Source: Actinomycetota bacterium
Lineage (GTDB): Bacteria > Actinomycetota > UBA4738
DNA: 54,066 nucleotides
Direction of reading: 5' to 3'
Assembly: GCA_005888465.1 (NCBI GenBank)
Contig: VAYJ01000056.1
Coordinates: 1 to 54,066 of the forward strand
The notes below the pieces were generated by a model, which ran no database searches, was not told the DNA's origin, and saw only the letters and a program-made list of their open reading frames with translations. Shown in pieces: positions 1 through 11,383 of this stretch (positions are counted from its first letter, which is position 1; every line of letters starts with the position of its first letter). Made by a program: the position numbers and the translations under genes.

Positions 1-980
1 TGGTCTCGGCGTTCGCGATCAAGGGCGAGGACCACGAGACCTACTATCGCCACCTCAACGAGGTGCTCGACCGTCACCCCACGATCACCATGGACGACGG
101 GTGCGATCTGGTGACCACCTTGCACCGCGAACGCGCCGAGCAGCTGAAGGAGCTCGTGGGGGGCACCGAGGAGACCACCACCGGCATCATCCGTCTGCGG
201 GCCATGGAGGCGGACGGCGTCCTCGCCTACCCGATCGTCGCGGTGAACGACGCCGATACCAAGCACGTGTTCGACAATCGCTTCGGGACGGGCCAGTCCA
301 CGATCGACGGCATCATCCGCGCCACGAACTTGCTGCTCGCCGGCCGGGCCGTCGTGATCGCCGGCTACGGGATGTGCGGGCGCGGGGTCGCGTCGCGGGC
401 CCGGGGGCTGGGGGCGCGCGTGATCATCACCGAGGTCGACCCGATGCGTGCGCTCGAGGCCGTGATGGAGGGCTTCGAGGCGATGCCGATCCGCGACGCC
501 GCCAGGATCGGTGACGTCTTCGTCACGGTGACGGGGGATACGACCGTCCTCGGGCGCGAGCACTTCGAGCTCATGAAGGACGGCGCGGTCGTCGCCAACT
601 CGGGGCACTTCGACGTGGAGATCGACAAGGTGGCGCTCGCCGACATGGCGACGAACGTGCGGCGCATCCGCGAGTTCGTGGATGAATACCGCATGGCGGA
701 CGGCCGGCGCATCAACCTGCTCGGCGAGGGTCGGCTCGTCAACCTCGCCGCCGCGGAGGGACACCCCGCGGCCGTGATGGACATGTCGTTCGCGAACCAG
801 GCGCTCTCGGTCGAATGGATCGTCCGGACGGCGTCGGAGCTCACGCCCGGCGTCTACGGAGTGCCGACCGCGATCGATCGGGAGGTGGCCCGGCTCAAGC
901 TCGAGGCGATGGGCGTGCAGATCGATCAGCTGACCGAGGAGCAGATCGCCTACCTGTCCTCGTGGGAACACGGTACGTGA
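1..980 (+). CDS. ahcY: S-adenosyl-L-homocysteine hydrolase, 5'-truncated by window edge
   Basis: Open from nt 3 ([18 protein letters not shown]...). Family-typical [28 protein letters not shown]-binding [11 protein letters not shown]-terminus YLSSWEHGT. Stop TGA 978-980. Confidence 0.93.
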   Translation, partial: VSAFAIKGEDHETYYRHLNEVLDRHPTITMDDGCDLVTTLHRERAEQLKELVGGTEETTTGIIRLRAMEADGVLAYPIVAVNDADTKHVFDNRFGTGQSTIDGIIRATNLLLAGRAVVIAGYGMCGRGVASRARGLGARVIITEVDPMRALEAVMEGFEAMPIRDAARIGDVFVTVTGDTTVLGREHFELMKDGAVVANSGHFDVEIDKVALADMATNVRRIREFVDEYRMADGRRINLLGEGRLVNLAAAEGHPAAVMDMSFANQALSVEWIVRTASELTPGVYGVPTAIDREVARLKLEAMGVQIDQLTEEQIAYLSSWEHGT

Positions 981-1366
981 GCCAGCTGGAGTCGTTCCTC
1001 GCGGCCGGCCGGACCCTGTTCTCGTTCGGCCTGATCCAAGGTGCCGAGGGCAACCTCTCCACCTTCGACGGCGAGACGCTAGTGATCACCCGGACCGGGG
1101 CGGCGCTCCACGCGCTGCAGCCCGGTGACGTGATCGAGGGCCGGCTCGCCGGCCCGCTCCCCGGAGCCTCGAGCGACCTCGAGGTGCATCGCGAACGGTA
1201 CGCGGCCGACGGTCCGGGCGCGATCGCGCACGCACATCCGACGGGGACCGTTCCCGAGGGGGCGGTCGAGTCGGGGCGGCACGGCGTGTACGTCCACGCT
1301 GGCACGCTGGAGGACGCGGTGCGCGAGGCCGTGCGGCTCGCCCGCCATCAGGTGGTGAAGGGGTGA
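977..1366 (+). CDS. short class II aldolase/adducin-fold protein (MtnB-like N-terminal half)
   Basis: GTG 977 overlaps the ahcY stop (GTGA). [26 protein letters not shown] and AIAHAHP resemble the metal-binding half of class II aldolases / methylthioribulose-1-P dehydratase. Only 129 aa. Its stop overlaps the mtnA start. Confidence 0.6.
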   Translation: MSQLESFLAAGRTLFSFGLIQGAEGNLSTFDGETLVITRTGAALHALQPGDVIEGRLAGPLPGASSDLEVHRERYAADGPGAIAHAHPTGTVPEGAVESGRHGVYVHAGTLEDAVREAVRLARHQVVKG

Positions 1367-2487
1367 GCGGGCGACGAGGGGAGGTCCATGCCATCGAATG
1401 GCGGGACGGGAGCATCCGCATCCTCGACCAGACGAGGCTTCCCGGCCAGGAGGCCTACCTCGACCTCCACACGCCGGAGGAGGTCGCCCGCGCCATCCGG
1501 ACGCTGGCGGTGCGGGGCGCCCCGCTCCTCGGGATCGTAGCAGCGTACGGGCTGGCGCTCGCGGTCGGCAGGTCGTCCGCGCGCGGCCCGCGAGGGCTCC
1601 TTCGCGACCTCGTGCGGGCGGAACGGCGGCTCCTCCTCAGCCGGCCGACGGCGGTGAACATCCGGTGGGCGCTTGCTCGCGTGCGGGCGGCGGCGGAGGC
1701 GGCGATCGTGGCCGGTGACGCTGACGCAGTCCGCTCAGTCGTGCTCGCCGAAGCGCAGCTCATCGCGCGGGAGGACGAGCTCTCGTGCCGGGCGATCGCG
1801 GAGCGGGGGGCGCGGCTCGTGCCCGAGGGGGCGAACGTGCTCACGCACTGCAACACCGGCGCACTCGCGACGGGCGGCCCGGGGACGGCGCTCGGCGTGA
1901 TCCTGGCGGCGCACCGGGCGGGCAAGCGGATCCACGTCTGGGTGTGCGAGACACGGCCGCTCCTCCAGGGCGCCCGGCTGACGGCGTGGGAGCTGGGTCG
2001 CCTCGGCATCCCGCACACCGTGATCGTCGACGGCGCGGCCGGCGCGCTCATGGCCCGGGGACAGGTTGAGCTCGTGATCGTCGGTGCGGACCGGATCGCG
2101 GCGAACGGGGACGTGGCGAACAAGGTCGGCACCTACCAGCTCGCGGTGCTCGCTCGCCATCACGGACTTCCCTTCTACGTGGCCGCGCCCTTCTCGACGG
2201 TCGACCCCGGGGTGCGGACCGGGCGGGACATCGCGATCGAGGAGCGCGATCCCTCCGAGGTGCTCGCTCCGCTGGGCGTGCAGGCGGCGCCCAACGGCAC
2301 CACGGCCGAGAATCCGGCGTTCGACGTGACGCCCGCCGCGCTCGTGAGCGCGTTCATCACCGACCGGGGAACGGTTCGGCGCCCCTTCGGCGCGTCGCTC
2401 ATCCGGCTCGGACGAACCGCCGGCCCGTGGTTGCCTACGCTTCGAGCCGAGCGCCCGCGTCGCGGCCTCGCCTCCGCGGCCGGCTGA
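1363..2487 (+). CDS. mtnA: S-methyl-5-thioribose-1-phosphate isomerase (eIF-2B-like family)
   Basis: IRILDQTRLP, VRGAPLLGI, HCNTGALAT, ETRPLLQGARLTAWEL, GADRIAANGDVANKVGTY, NPAFDVTP. GTGA overlap with the upstream gene. Confidence 0.9.
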   Translation: MSGRRGEVHAIEWRDGSIRILDQTRLPGQEAYLDLHTPEEVARAIRTLAVRGAPLLGIVAAYGLALAVGRSSARGPRGLLRDLVRAERRLLLSRPTAVNIRWALARVRAAAEAAIVAGDADAVRSVVLAEAQLIAREDELSCRAIAERGARLVPEGANVLTHCNTGALATGGPGTALGVILAAHRAGKRIHVWVCETRPLLQGARLTAWELGRLGIPHTVIVDGAAGALMARGQVELVIVGADRIAANGDVANKVGTYQLAVLARHHGLPFYVAAPFSTVDPGVRTGRDIAIEERDPSEVLAPLGVQAAPNGTTAENPAFDVTPAALVSAFITDRGTVRRPFGASLIRLGRTAGPWLPTLRAERPRRGLASAAG

Positions 2488-2497
2488 GGCGAGGCAC

Positions 2498-3181
2498 ATG
2501 GCGACGGCCGCCGAACCCCTGCAGGTCAAGACCCGGTATGAACGTTTCCCCGCTTCGATCAAGGGCGCGTTCGTCTTGCAGGGGGCGGACGGAAACCCCC
2601 ACGGGGTTCGCATCGTCTCCGCGTGGATCGCCCGGCTCCCGTCCGGCATGCGTCATCCGGTTCCCCTCGAGGACCAGCTGGTCGACGTCGCGCCCGCGCG
2701 CGATCTCTTCGTGCCCTTCGAAGCTGCCTCCGTCGACCTCGTCCCCTCGTGGTACGCGATCGAGTCCTCGATGCAGGTGGACGGCGGCCGTTCCTACGAC
2801 TTCTCGAGCCGGCCGTTCGTGATCGCGTGGCCGAAGGGCGAGGTGCGGCGCGGGTCCACGCGCCTGGATCGCCGCGTGAGAGTGGGCGACCGAGCTTTCC
2901 TGCTGGACCGGTTGGAGCTCGGTGCCGACTCGGCCTCCGTAGTCTGGCGGGTAGAGGGGGGCCAGGGCGAGGGGACGATCGAGGTCGCGATCGTGGCCGA
3001 CGGGTCACGGCTCGAGGTCCTGCCCACGTCGGTCGCGGCGCTCAGGCCGGAGTTCCGCACCGCCGCCGACGAGCGCCGGACGATCTCGTACCCGGTACTG
3101 CGCGCCGTGCGCTCGCTCGCCCTGCAGGTGCGAGTCGGTGCGCGCCAGCAGTCCGACCTCCTGACGGTCCCGAGCTCCTAG
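2498..3181 (+). CDS. hypothetical protein
   Basis: 227-aa ORF starting at ATG, co-directional with neighbours and filling the gap between mtnA and comF. No motif recognised. Confidence 0.5.
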   Translation: MATAAEPLQVKTRYERFPASIKGAFVLQGADGNPHGVRIVSAWIARLPSGMRHPVPLEDQLVDVAPARDLFVPFEAASVDLVPSWYAIESSMQVDGGRSYDFSSRPFVIAWPKGEVRRGSTRLDRRVRVGDRAFLLDRLELGADSASVVWRVEGGQGEGTIEVAIVADGSRLEVLPTSVAALRPEFRTAADERRTISYPVLRAVRSLALQVRVGARQQSDLLTVPSS

Positions 3182-3224
3182 CCTCCACGTCGACCGTGTC
3201 GTCGGTGACCCGTACCCTCCGGGG

Positions 3225-3980
3225 ATGCTCGCACCGCTCCTGGACGCGCTCTTCCCGCGACGCTGTCTGGGTTGCGGCCGGCGGGCGTGGCCGTTCTGCG
3301 ATGCGTGCCTGCCAGCGATCGCGGTCCCGAGCTCGCCCTGGTGCGAGCGGTGCGGCCGCCCGCTCGAGGTCCCGGTCGCGCGCTGCCGCGACTGCCCGCC
3401 CGAGGACATCGCGTGGGCTCGGTCCGCGTATCTCTACGAAGGCCCGATCCGCCGGGCGCTGATGGGGCTCAAGTTCGGCGGGATCCGCTCGGCCGCCGCG
3501 GCCCTCTCCCCTGCGATGGCGACCGCGCTGGACGCGAGTCGCGTGCCGGGCCGGCCGCCCGTCGCCGTCACGTGGGTGCCGCTCGGGAAGCGCCGCAAGC
3601 GCGCCCGGGGCTACGACCAGGCTCAGGTCCTCGCCGAGCGGGTCGCGGGCACCCTCGACCTGCCCTGCGTTCGGCTCATTGCCCGGGTCGTCGAGACGCC
3701 GCCGCAGGCCCGCCGCAACGCGCTCGACCGGGCGAGAGCGCTCCGGGGCGCGTTCCGCCCGGCCCGAACGGCCCCGGCGGCGGTGATCCTGGTGGACGAC
3801 GTGCTCACGACCGGCGCGACGGCGGCCCAGTGCGCCCGGGCGCTACGCGCCGGTGGCGCCGAGGAGGTCGGGCTGCTCACCGCCGCGCGCTCGCTCGGCG
3901 GACCGGTTCCGGCCCGTTGCTATACTTCGCCCGGGCTTCAGCCTGGGTCTGTGGTTGCCCGGGGGAACCACCTCCGGTAG
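3225..3980 (+). CDS. comF: ComF-family phosphoribosyltransferase-domain protein
   Basis: N-terminal Cys clusters (CLGCG..CDAC, CERCG..CRDC) plus PRTase motif VILVDDVLTTGATA. Sits upstream of hpf and secA as in other Actinomycetota. Confidence 0.85.
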   Translation: MLAPLLDALFPRRCLGCGRRAWPFCDACLPAIAVPSSPWCERCGRPLEVPVARCRDCPPEDIAWARSAYLYEGPIRRALMGLKFGGIRSAAAALSPAMATALDASRVPGRPPVAVTWVPLGKRRKRARGYDQAQVLAERVAGTLDLPCVRLIARVVETPPQARRNALDRARALRGAFRPARTAPAAVILVDDVLTTGATAAQCARALRAGGAEEVGLLTAARSLGGPVPARCYTSPGLQPGSVVARGNHLR

Positions 3981-3989
3981 TCGATGCCA

Positions 3990-4175
3990 GTCGCAGGCGA
4001 AACGACCCACGTAAGGCGACCCTTGGTCGCTGAGCATGGTGCGGCTTAGACGTAAGCCCTGCCCCGGACGGGACCTCCCGGCCGGGAGAAGGCGCTAAGC
4101 CGCCGACACGGCGGCGATCCCCTCAGCAGGCGAGTGTGGGGCCAAAGACCAGGTCAGCCAGGCGGAGCCCTTCCC
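3990..4175 (+). ncRNA. candidate raiA-motif structured RNA (boundaries approximate)
   Basis: About 200 nt non-coding gap between comF and hpf(raiA), the characteristic genomic context of the raiA motif. Nested GC-rich helices are visible: GCGGCTTAG 4041-4049 pairs with CTAAGCCGC 4095-4103; inner CTCCCGGCCGGGAG 4075-4088; CCGCCG-ACA-CGGCGG 4100-4114; GCGACC-CTT-GGTCGC around 4015-4029. The consensus could not be aligned by hand. Confidence 0.4.
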
Positions 4176-4186
4176 CGGAGCCGACG

Positions 4187-4561
4187 ATGGATCTCGTACT
4201 CAAGGGCCGAGGAACCGACATCACCGAGCACGACCGGCGCGCGGCGGAGCGCCGGCTGAGCCGGGTCCCACGCTTCGACCGCCGCGTCGAGCGCGTGGAG
4301 GTCGAGGTCATTCTGGAGCACAACCCCCGGGTCGGTGCCGAGGCGAGCCACCGGGTGGAGATCACCTGCCACACGAAGCGCCGCCAGGTTCGTGCTCACG
4401 GAGCCGGGCCGGACGTCGATTCGGCGCTGGACCAGGCCGCCCGGCGCCTGGAGCGCCAGCTCTCGACCTATCGCTCCAAGTTGCGGGACCGGCTGACGAG
4501 GCGGCGCCGTGGCGTAGAATCACCCCGCACTAGTCCACAAGGGTCAAGTAGTTCGGAGTAG
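4187..4561 (+). CDS. hpf: ribosome hibernation promoting factor / RaiA family, short form
   Basis: MDLVLKGRGTDITEHDRRAAERRLSRV..VEVEVILEHNP..HRVEITCHTK..VRAHGAGPDVDSALDQAARRLERQLSTYRSK matches the S30AE/HPF N-terminal domain. No long-HPF C-terminal dimerisation domain is present. Confidence 0.85.
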   Translation: MDLVLKGRGTDITEHDRRAAERRLSRVPRFDRRVERVEVEVILEHNPRVGAEASHRVEITCHTKRRQVRAHGAGPDVDSALDQAARRLERQLSTYRSKLRDRLTRRRRGVESPRTSPQGSSSSE

Positions 4562-4594
4562 GCTCTTTCGCCCAAGCCGGCCTGGGCGGAGGCG

Positions 4595-5302
4595 GTGCCC
4601 GGGGGTGATCCTGAGGTCGTGGATGAGCCAGGGGCGAAGGATCGGGCGCTCAAAGTCCTGATCGTCGACGACCATGCCCTGTTTCGGCGCGGCCTCCAGA
4701 TGGTGCTGCGGCAGGAGCCCGACATCGAGGTCGTTGGCGAAGCGGCCGACGGCGTCGAGGCCGTGGCGATGGCCCAGGAGCTGGATCCCGACGTCGTCCT
4801 CATGGACGTGCGCATGCCCAAGCGCTCGGGGATCGAGGCGACCCGGGAGATCCGCGAGCTCGTCCCCCGGGCGAAGGTCCTGATGCTCACGATCTCCGAC
4901 GACGAGACGGACCTCTACGAGTCGATCCGGGCCGGGGCGGCCGGGTACCTCCTGAAGGAGATCTCCATCGACGAGGTCGCCGACGCCGTCCGCTCGGTCT
5001 GGGCCGGCCACTCGCGGATCTCCCCGGCGATGGCCTCCAAGCTGATCACCGAGTTCGCCGCGATGTCCAAGCGCGAGCAGGAGCAAGTGCGCCTGCCGGC
5101 GCCTCGCCTCACCGAGCGCGAGATGGAGGTCCTGCGCCTGGTCGCCAAGGGCCTGAACAACCGCGACATCGCCAAGGAGCTCTTCATCTCCGGAAACACC
5201 GTGAAGAACCACGTCCGCAACATCCTGGAGAAGCTCCACCTGCACTCCCGGATGGAAGCGGTGGTCTACGCGGTGCGGGAGAAGCTCCTGGAGATCCGCT
5301 AG
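4595..5302 (+). CDS. NarL/FixJ (LuxR-type HTH) response regulator, no adjacent kinase
   Basis: Receiver domain ([30 protein letters not shown]) and LuxR HTH ([43 protein letters not shown]). The start could lie at a downstream GTG. Confidence 0.88.
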   Translation: MPGGDPEVVDEPGAKDRALKVLIVDDHALFRRGLQMVLRQEPDIEVVGEAADGVEAVAMAQELDPDVVLMDVRMPKRSGIEATREIRELVPRAKVLMLTISDDETDLYESIRAGAAGYLLKEISIDEVADAVRSVWAGHSRISPAMASKLITEFAAMSKREQEQVRLPAPRLTEREMEVLRLVAKGLNNRDIAKELFISGNTVKNHVRNILEKLHLHSRMEAVVYAVREKLLEIR

Positions 5303-5341
5303 CCCCGACGTGCTCCAGACCGGCACGTCCGGGGCCGACCC

Positions 5342-5347
5342 TATAAT
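5342..5347 (+). promoter_or_regulatory. candidate -10 hexamer TATAAT upstream of secA
   Basis: Perfect TATAAT about 40 nt upstream of the TTG 5388 start. AAGGA Shine-Dalgarno at 5376-5380. No clear -35. Confidence 0.3.
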
Positions 5348-5387
5348 CGGTTCGAAGGTCCCCGGTTCGCCCCGCGAAGGACATCCG

Positions 5388-7990
<2,603 letters not shown>

Positions 7991-8006
7991 CCCCGGAGTC
8001 CCGGGC

Positions 8007-11000
8007 GTGATTACCTGCGGGTCCTGCGGCGAACGCAATCCCGACGGGTTCCGGTTCTGTGGCTTCTGCGGCGCGGAGCTGGCAGGAGCGGGCCCGCGCA
8101 CCGAGGAGCGCCGGCTCGTCACGGTGCTCTTCTGCGATCTGGTCGGCTTCACCGAACGGTCCGACCGGGCCGATCCCGAGGACGTGCGAGCGATGCTCGT
8201 GCCGTATCACGCCCTCCTGAAGCGCGAGATCGAGGCGTTCGGCGGCACGCTCGACAAGTTCATCGGCGACGGCGCGCTCGGCGTGTTCGGCGCTCCGACG
8301 GCGCACGAGGACGACGCGGAGCGAGCCGTCCGGGCCGCGCTCGAGATCCAGCGGGGGATGCGCGAGCTCGCCGCCGCTCGAGGGTCGCACGGCCTGGCCG
8401 CGCGGGCCGGTGTCACGACGGGCGAGGCCGTGGTCGCGTTCGGCGCAGCCGGCCCCGTGGTTGGCGAGAGCGTGACCGGCGACATCGTGAACACGGCGTC
8501 GCGCATCCAGGCCGCCGCGCCCCCGGGGGCCATCCTGGTCGGGGCCCGCACCCACGCGCTCACCCGCGAGCGCATCGCCTACGAGGCGCTCGACCCGATC
8601 TCGGTGAGGGGCAAGGCGGAGCCGCTCGCGGTGTGGCGAGTGGTCGAAGCTCGGGCCGGCGTGACCCGCGAGGCGCCGGCTTCGACCTTCGTCGGGAGGC
8701 GCCGGGAGCTGGAGGCTCTGATCGGTGCGGTCACGGAGGTCGCGTGCGGCGGACCGGCCCGCCTCGTCGCCGTGGTCGGGGAGGCCGGCGTCGGCAAGAG
8801 CCGGCTCGTCGCGGAACTCCAGCGTTCCGCGCCCGAGGGCGTCACCAGATGGCGCCGCGCACGGTGCCTTCCCTACGGCGAGGGGGTGACCTTCTCGCCG
8901 ATCGAGGACCTCATCCGGCAGGAGGCCGGCATCGCCGAACCCGACGGACCCGACAAGCGCCGGCAACGGCTGGAGGCGGTCGTCACCGCGTCGGTCGAGG
9001 ATCCGGCCGACCGAGCGTGGCTTCGCTCGCGGCTCGGCCCCGCGGCCGGCCTTCCCGCCGAGGGCTCAGCCGAGCCGGCGGAGACGCTCGCCGCGTGGGA
9101 GCGGTTCCTCGTCGTCCGGTCCGATGCCGGCCCGCTCGTGCTCGTGGTCGAGGACCTGCACTGGGCCGACGATGCCCTCCTGGACTTCGTCGACGGCGTC
9201 ATCGCCACGGCCGGCCTGTCGCCGCTCCTCGTCATCACGACGGCTCGGCCGGAGTTGGAGGAACGCCGCCCGGCGTGGCGCGGCTCGATCGTTCGGCTCT
9301 CACCGCTCGGCGACGATGACACCGCCGATCTGATCCTGGACGTGCTGGGCGACGTCGGCGTCTCCGACGACAGGACGAAGCGGCTCGTCGCCCGCTCGGG
9401 TGGGAACCCGCTCTTCGCCGAGGAGCTCGCCCGCATGCTGCGGACTGCGGACGAGTCCGGTGGCGGGGACCTGCCGCTCCCCGACACGATGCAGGCCCTG
9501 ATCGCCGCGCGTCTGGACACGCTCGCACCCGAGGGACGCTCCCTGCTCCAGGATGCGGCCGTCGTCGGGCCCGTGTTCTGGTCCGGCGCCGTCAATGCGC
9601 TTGCCCCCCGCGACGGACGCGACGCCGACCGCGAGCTGGCCCGGCTGACCGAGCAGGGATTCGTCCGGCCGCAGACGACGAGCACGTTCGCGGGGACGCG
9701 CGAGTACACGTTCTGGCACGCCCTGATCCGCGACGTCGCCTATGCGCAGATCCCCCGGACGATCCGGGCCGAGAAGCATCGCGCGACCGCCGCGTGGATC
9801 GAGGCGGTGGCCGCCGATCGATGGCCAGCCTTCGCCGAGGTCCTGGCGCATCACACGGGGACCGCGCTCGAGCTTCAACGCGCGGCGGGCGGCGCGGCCG
9901 CGGAGCTCGAGGACGAGACCCGAAGGTTCTCGCTCGCGGCGGCGGTGCAGTCGATGGCGCTCGAGCTCTCGCGGGCCGAGGGCCACCTTCGGCACGCGCT
10001 CGGGCTGACGCCGCCGGAGCATGCCGATCGGGCGCCGATCGAGGCCCGTCTGGGCGAGGCGGCGTTCCAGTCAGGCCGATACGAGGAAGCCGAGGGGTGG
10101 TTCACGTCGGCCGTCCGGGGATTCCGCGCGAGCGGAACCGACCGAGATGCGGCCGACGCCATGATCCGGCTCTCCGTCGTGATCGAGTACGGAGGGGACC
10201 CGGCCCGAGGACGCGGGATGCTCTCGGACGCGATCCATCTCCTCGAGAACCAGGCGCCGGGGCGCGAGCTTGCCCGCGCGTTCGCCGAACGCTCGGGCAC
10301 GCTCATGCTCGCCGAGGACTACTCGGGCGCGATCGCCGACGCCGATCGTGCGATCGAGCTCGCCGAGCGAACGGGAGAGCGCGAGGCGGCCGCGCGCGCG
10401 CAGAACTTCCGCGGGTACGCGCGCGTCGCCCTGGGCGACCTCGACGGGATGCGCGAGCTTCGCGAGTCCATCAACACCGCCCTCGCGCTCGGCCTGGGTC
10501 GAACCACCGCCGTGTCGTACAGCAACCTGGGCGCGGCGCTGCTCATGGTCGATGGACCTCGCGCGTCCATGGAGTGCGGTCGGGAGGGCCTGGCGTTCGC
10601 GGAGGCCCGCGGTCTCTGGGAGATGGCGTCGTTCCTTCGTAACGGGATCCTCACGACGCTCGTGTGCTCCGGGGACTGGGACGACGCGCTTCGTCTGGGC
10701 GCGCAGGTCGCGCAGGAGGCAAAGGACGCGGGCGCCGAGTACGAGGAGGTCTTCGCCGAGCTCGACGTGGGCTACGTACGGGTCGTGCGCGGCGAGCCGG
10801 GGAGTGCCGACGCCGCGCTGGCGCTCCTGGCCCGCGCGCGGCCGCTCGGCGACCCGCCGCTCCTCGCGCATGCCCTGACCGAAGCGGCGATCGGGCAGCT
10901 CGCGTCCGGGGATCAGGAACGCGCCGCCGCGCTCGTCGAGGAGGCCGTCGAGGTGACCGGGGGCGATGCCATTCCCACCAGGACCTCGGAGCTGGGCGAG

Positions 11001-11378
11001 CTGGTCCGCGTCGCCATCGCCGCGGCGCGGCCCGATCTGGCCGAGCGCTCGACGGAAGGGATCGAAGGGTTGCCGCTTCCTCGGCACCGCCACGCCCTGG
11101 TGTCCGCGCGGGGAGCCATCGCGGAGGCGTCCGGGCACGCCGAGCGGGCCCTCGGCCTGTTCCAGGACGCGGCCGAGCGGTGGGAAGCGTTCGGCCAACC
11201 CTTCGATCGCGCGCACGCCCTCTTCGGCGCGGCGCGATGCTTGGTGGTCCTGGGTCGGGGGGACGCCGCCGGTGAGCCTCTCGCGGCGGCCCGAGCGATC
11301 TTCGCCCGGCTGGGCGCGACGCCGCTCGTGGCCGAGGCCGACGCGTGGCGGGACCGAGCCGCGCGGCCGCTACCATAG
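8007..11378 (+). CDS. multidomain signalling protein: zinc ribbon + class III adenylate/guanylate cyclase + STAND/AAA ATPase + TPR-like repeats
   Basis: CGSCGERNPDGFRFCGFCG. Cyclase core VTVLFCDLVGFT, KFIGDGALGVFGAP, GDIVNTASR. Walker A GEAGVGKS and LVLVVEDLHWAD. The long helical-repeat C-terminal half has no LuxR HTH. Confidence 0.85.
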   Translation: MITCGSCGERNPDGFRFCGFCGAELAGAGPRTEERRLVTVLFCDLVGFTERSDRADPEDVRAMLVPYHALLKREIEAFGGTLDKFIGDGALGVFGAPTAHEDDAERAVRAALEIQRGMRELAAARGSHGLAARAGVTTGEAVVAFGAAGPVVGESVTGDIVNTASRIQAAAPPGAILVGARTHALTRERIAYEALDPISVRGKAEPLAVWRVVEARAGVTREAPASTFVGRRRELEALIGAVTEVACGGPARLVAVVGEAGVGKSRLVAELQRSAPEGVTRWRRARCLPYGEGVTFSPIEDLIRQEAGIAEPDGPDKRRQRLEAVVTASVEDPADRAWLRSRLGPAAGLPAEGSAEPAETLAAWERFLVVRSDAGPLVLVVEDLHWADDALLDFVDGVIATAGLSPLLVITTARPELEERRPAWRGSIVRLSPLGDDDTADLILDVLGDVGVSDDRTKRLVARSGGNPLFAEELARMLRTADESGGGDLPLPDTMQALIAARLDTLAPEGRSLLQDAAVVGPVFWSGAVNALAPRDGRDADRELARLTEQGFVRPQTTSTFAGTREYTFWHALIRDVAYAQIPRTIRAEKHRATAAWIEAVAADRWPAFAEVLAHHTGTALELQRAAGGAAAELEDETRRFSLAAAVQSMALELSRAEGHLRHALGLTPPEHADRAPIEARLGEAAFQSGRYEEAEGWFTSAVRGFRASGTDRDAADAMIRLSVVIEYGGDPARGRGMLSDAIHLLENQAPGRELARAFAERSGTLMLAEDYSGAIADADRAIELAERTGEREAAARAQNFRGYARVALGDLDGMRELRESINTALALGLGRTTAVSYSNLGAALLMVDGPRASMECGREGLAFAEARGLWEMASFLRNGILTTLVCSGDWDDALRLGAQVAQEAKDAGAEYEEVFAELDVGYVRVVRGEPGSADAALALLARARPLGDPPLLAHALTEAAIGQLASGDQERAAALVEEAVEVTGGDAIPTRTSELGELVRVAIAAARPDLAERSTEGIEGLPLPRHRHALVSARGAIAEASGHAERALGLFQDAAERWEAFGQPFDRAHALFGAARCLVVLGRGDAAGEPLAAARAIFARLGATPLVAEADAWRDRAARPLP

Positions 11379-11383
11379 CCGTC

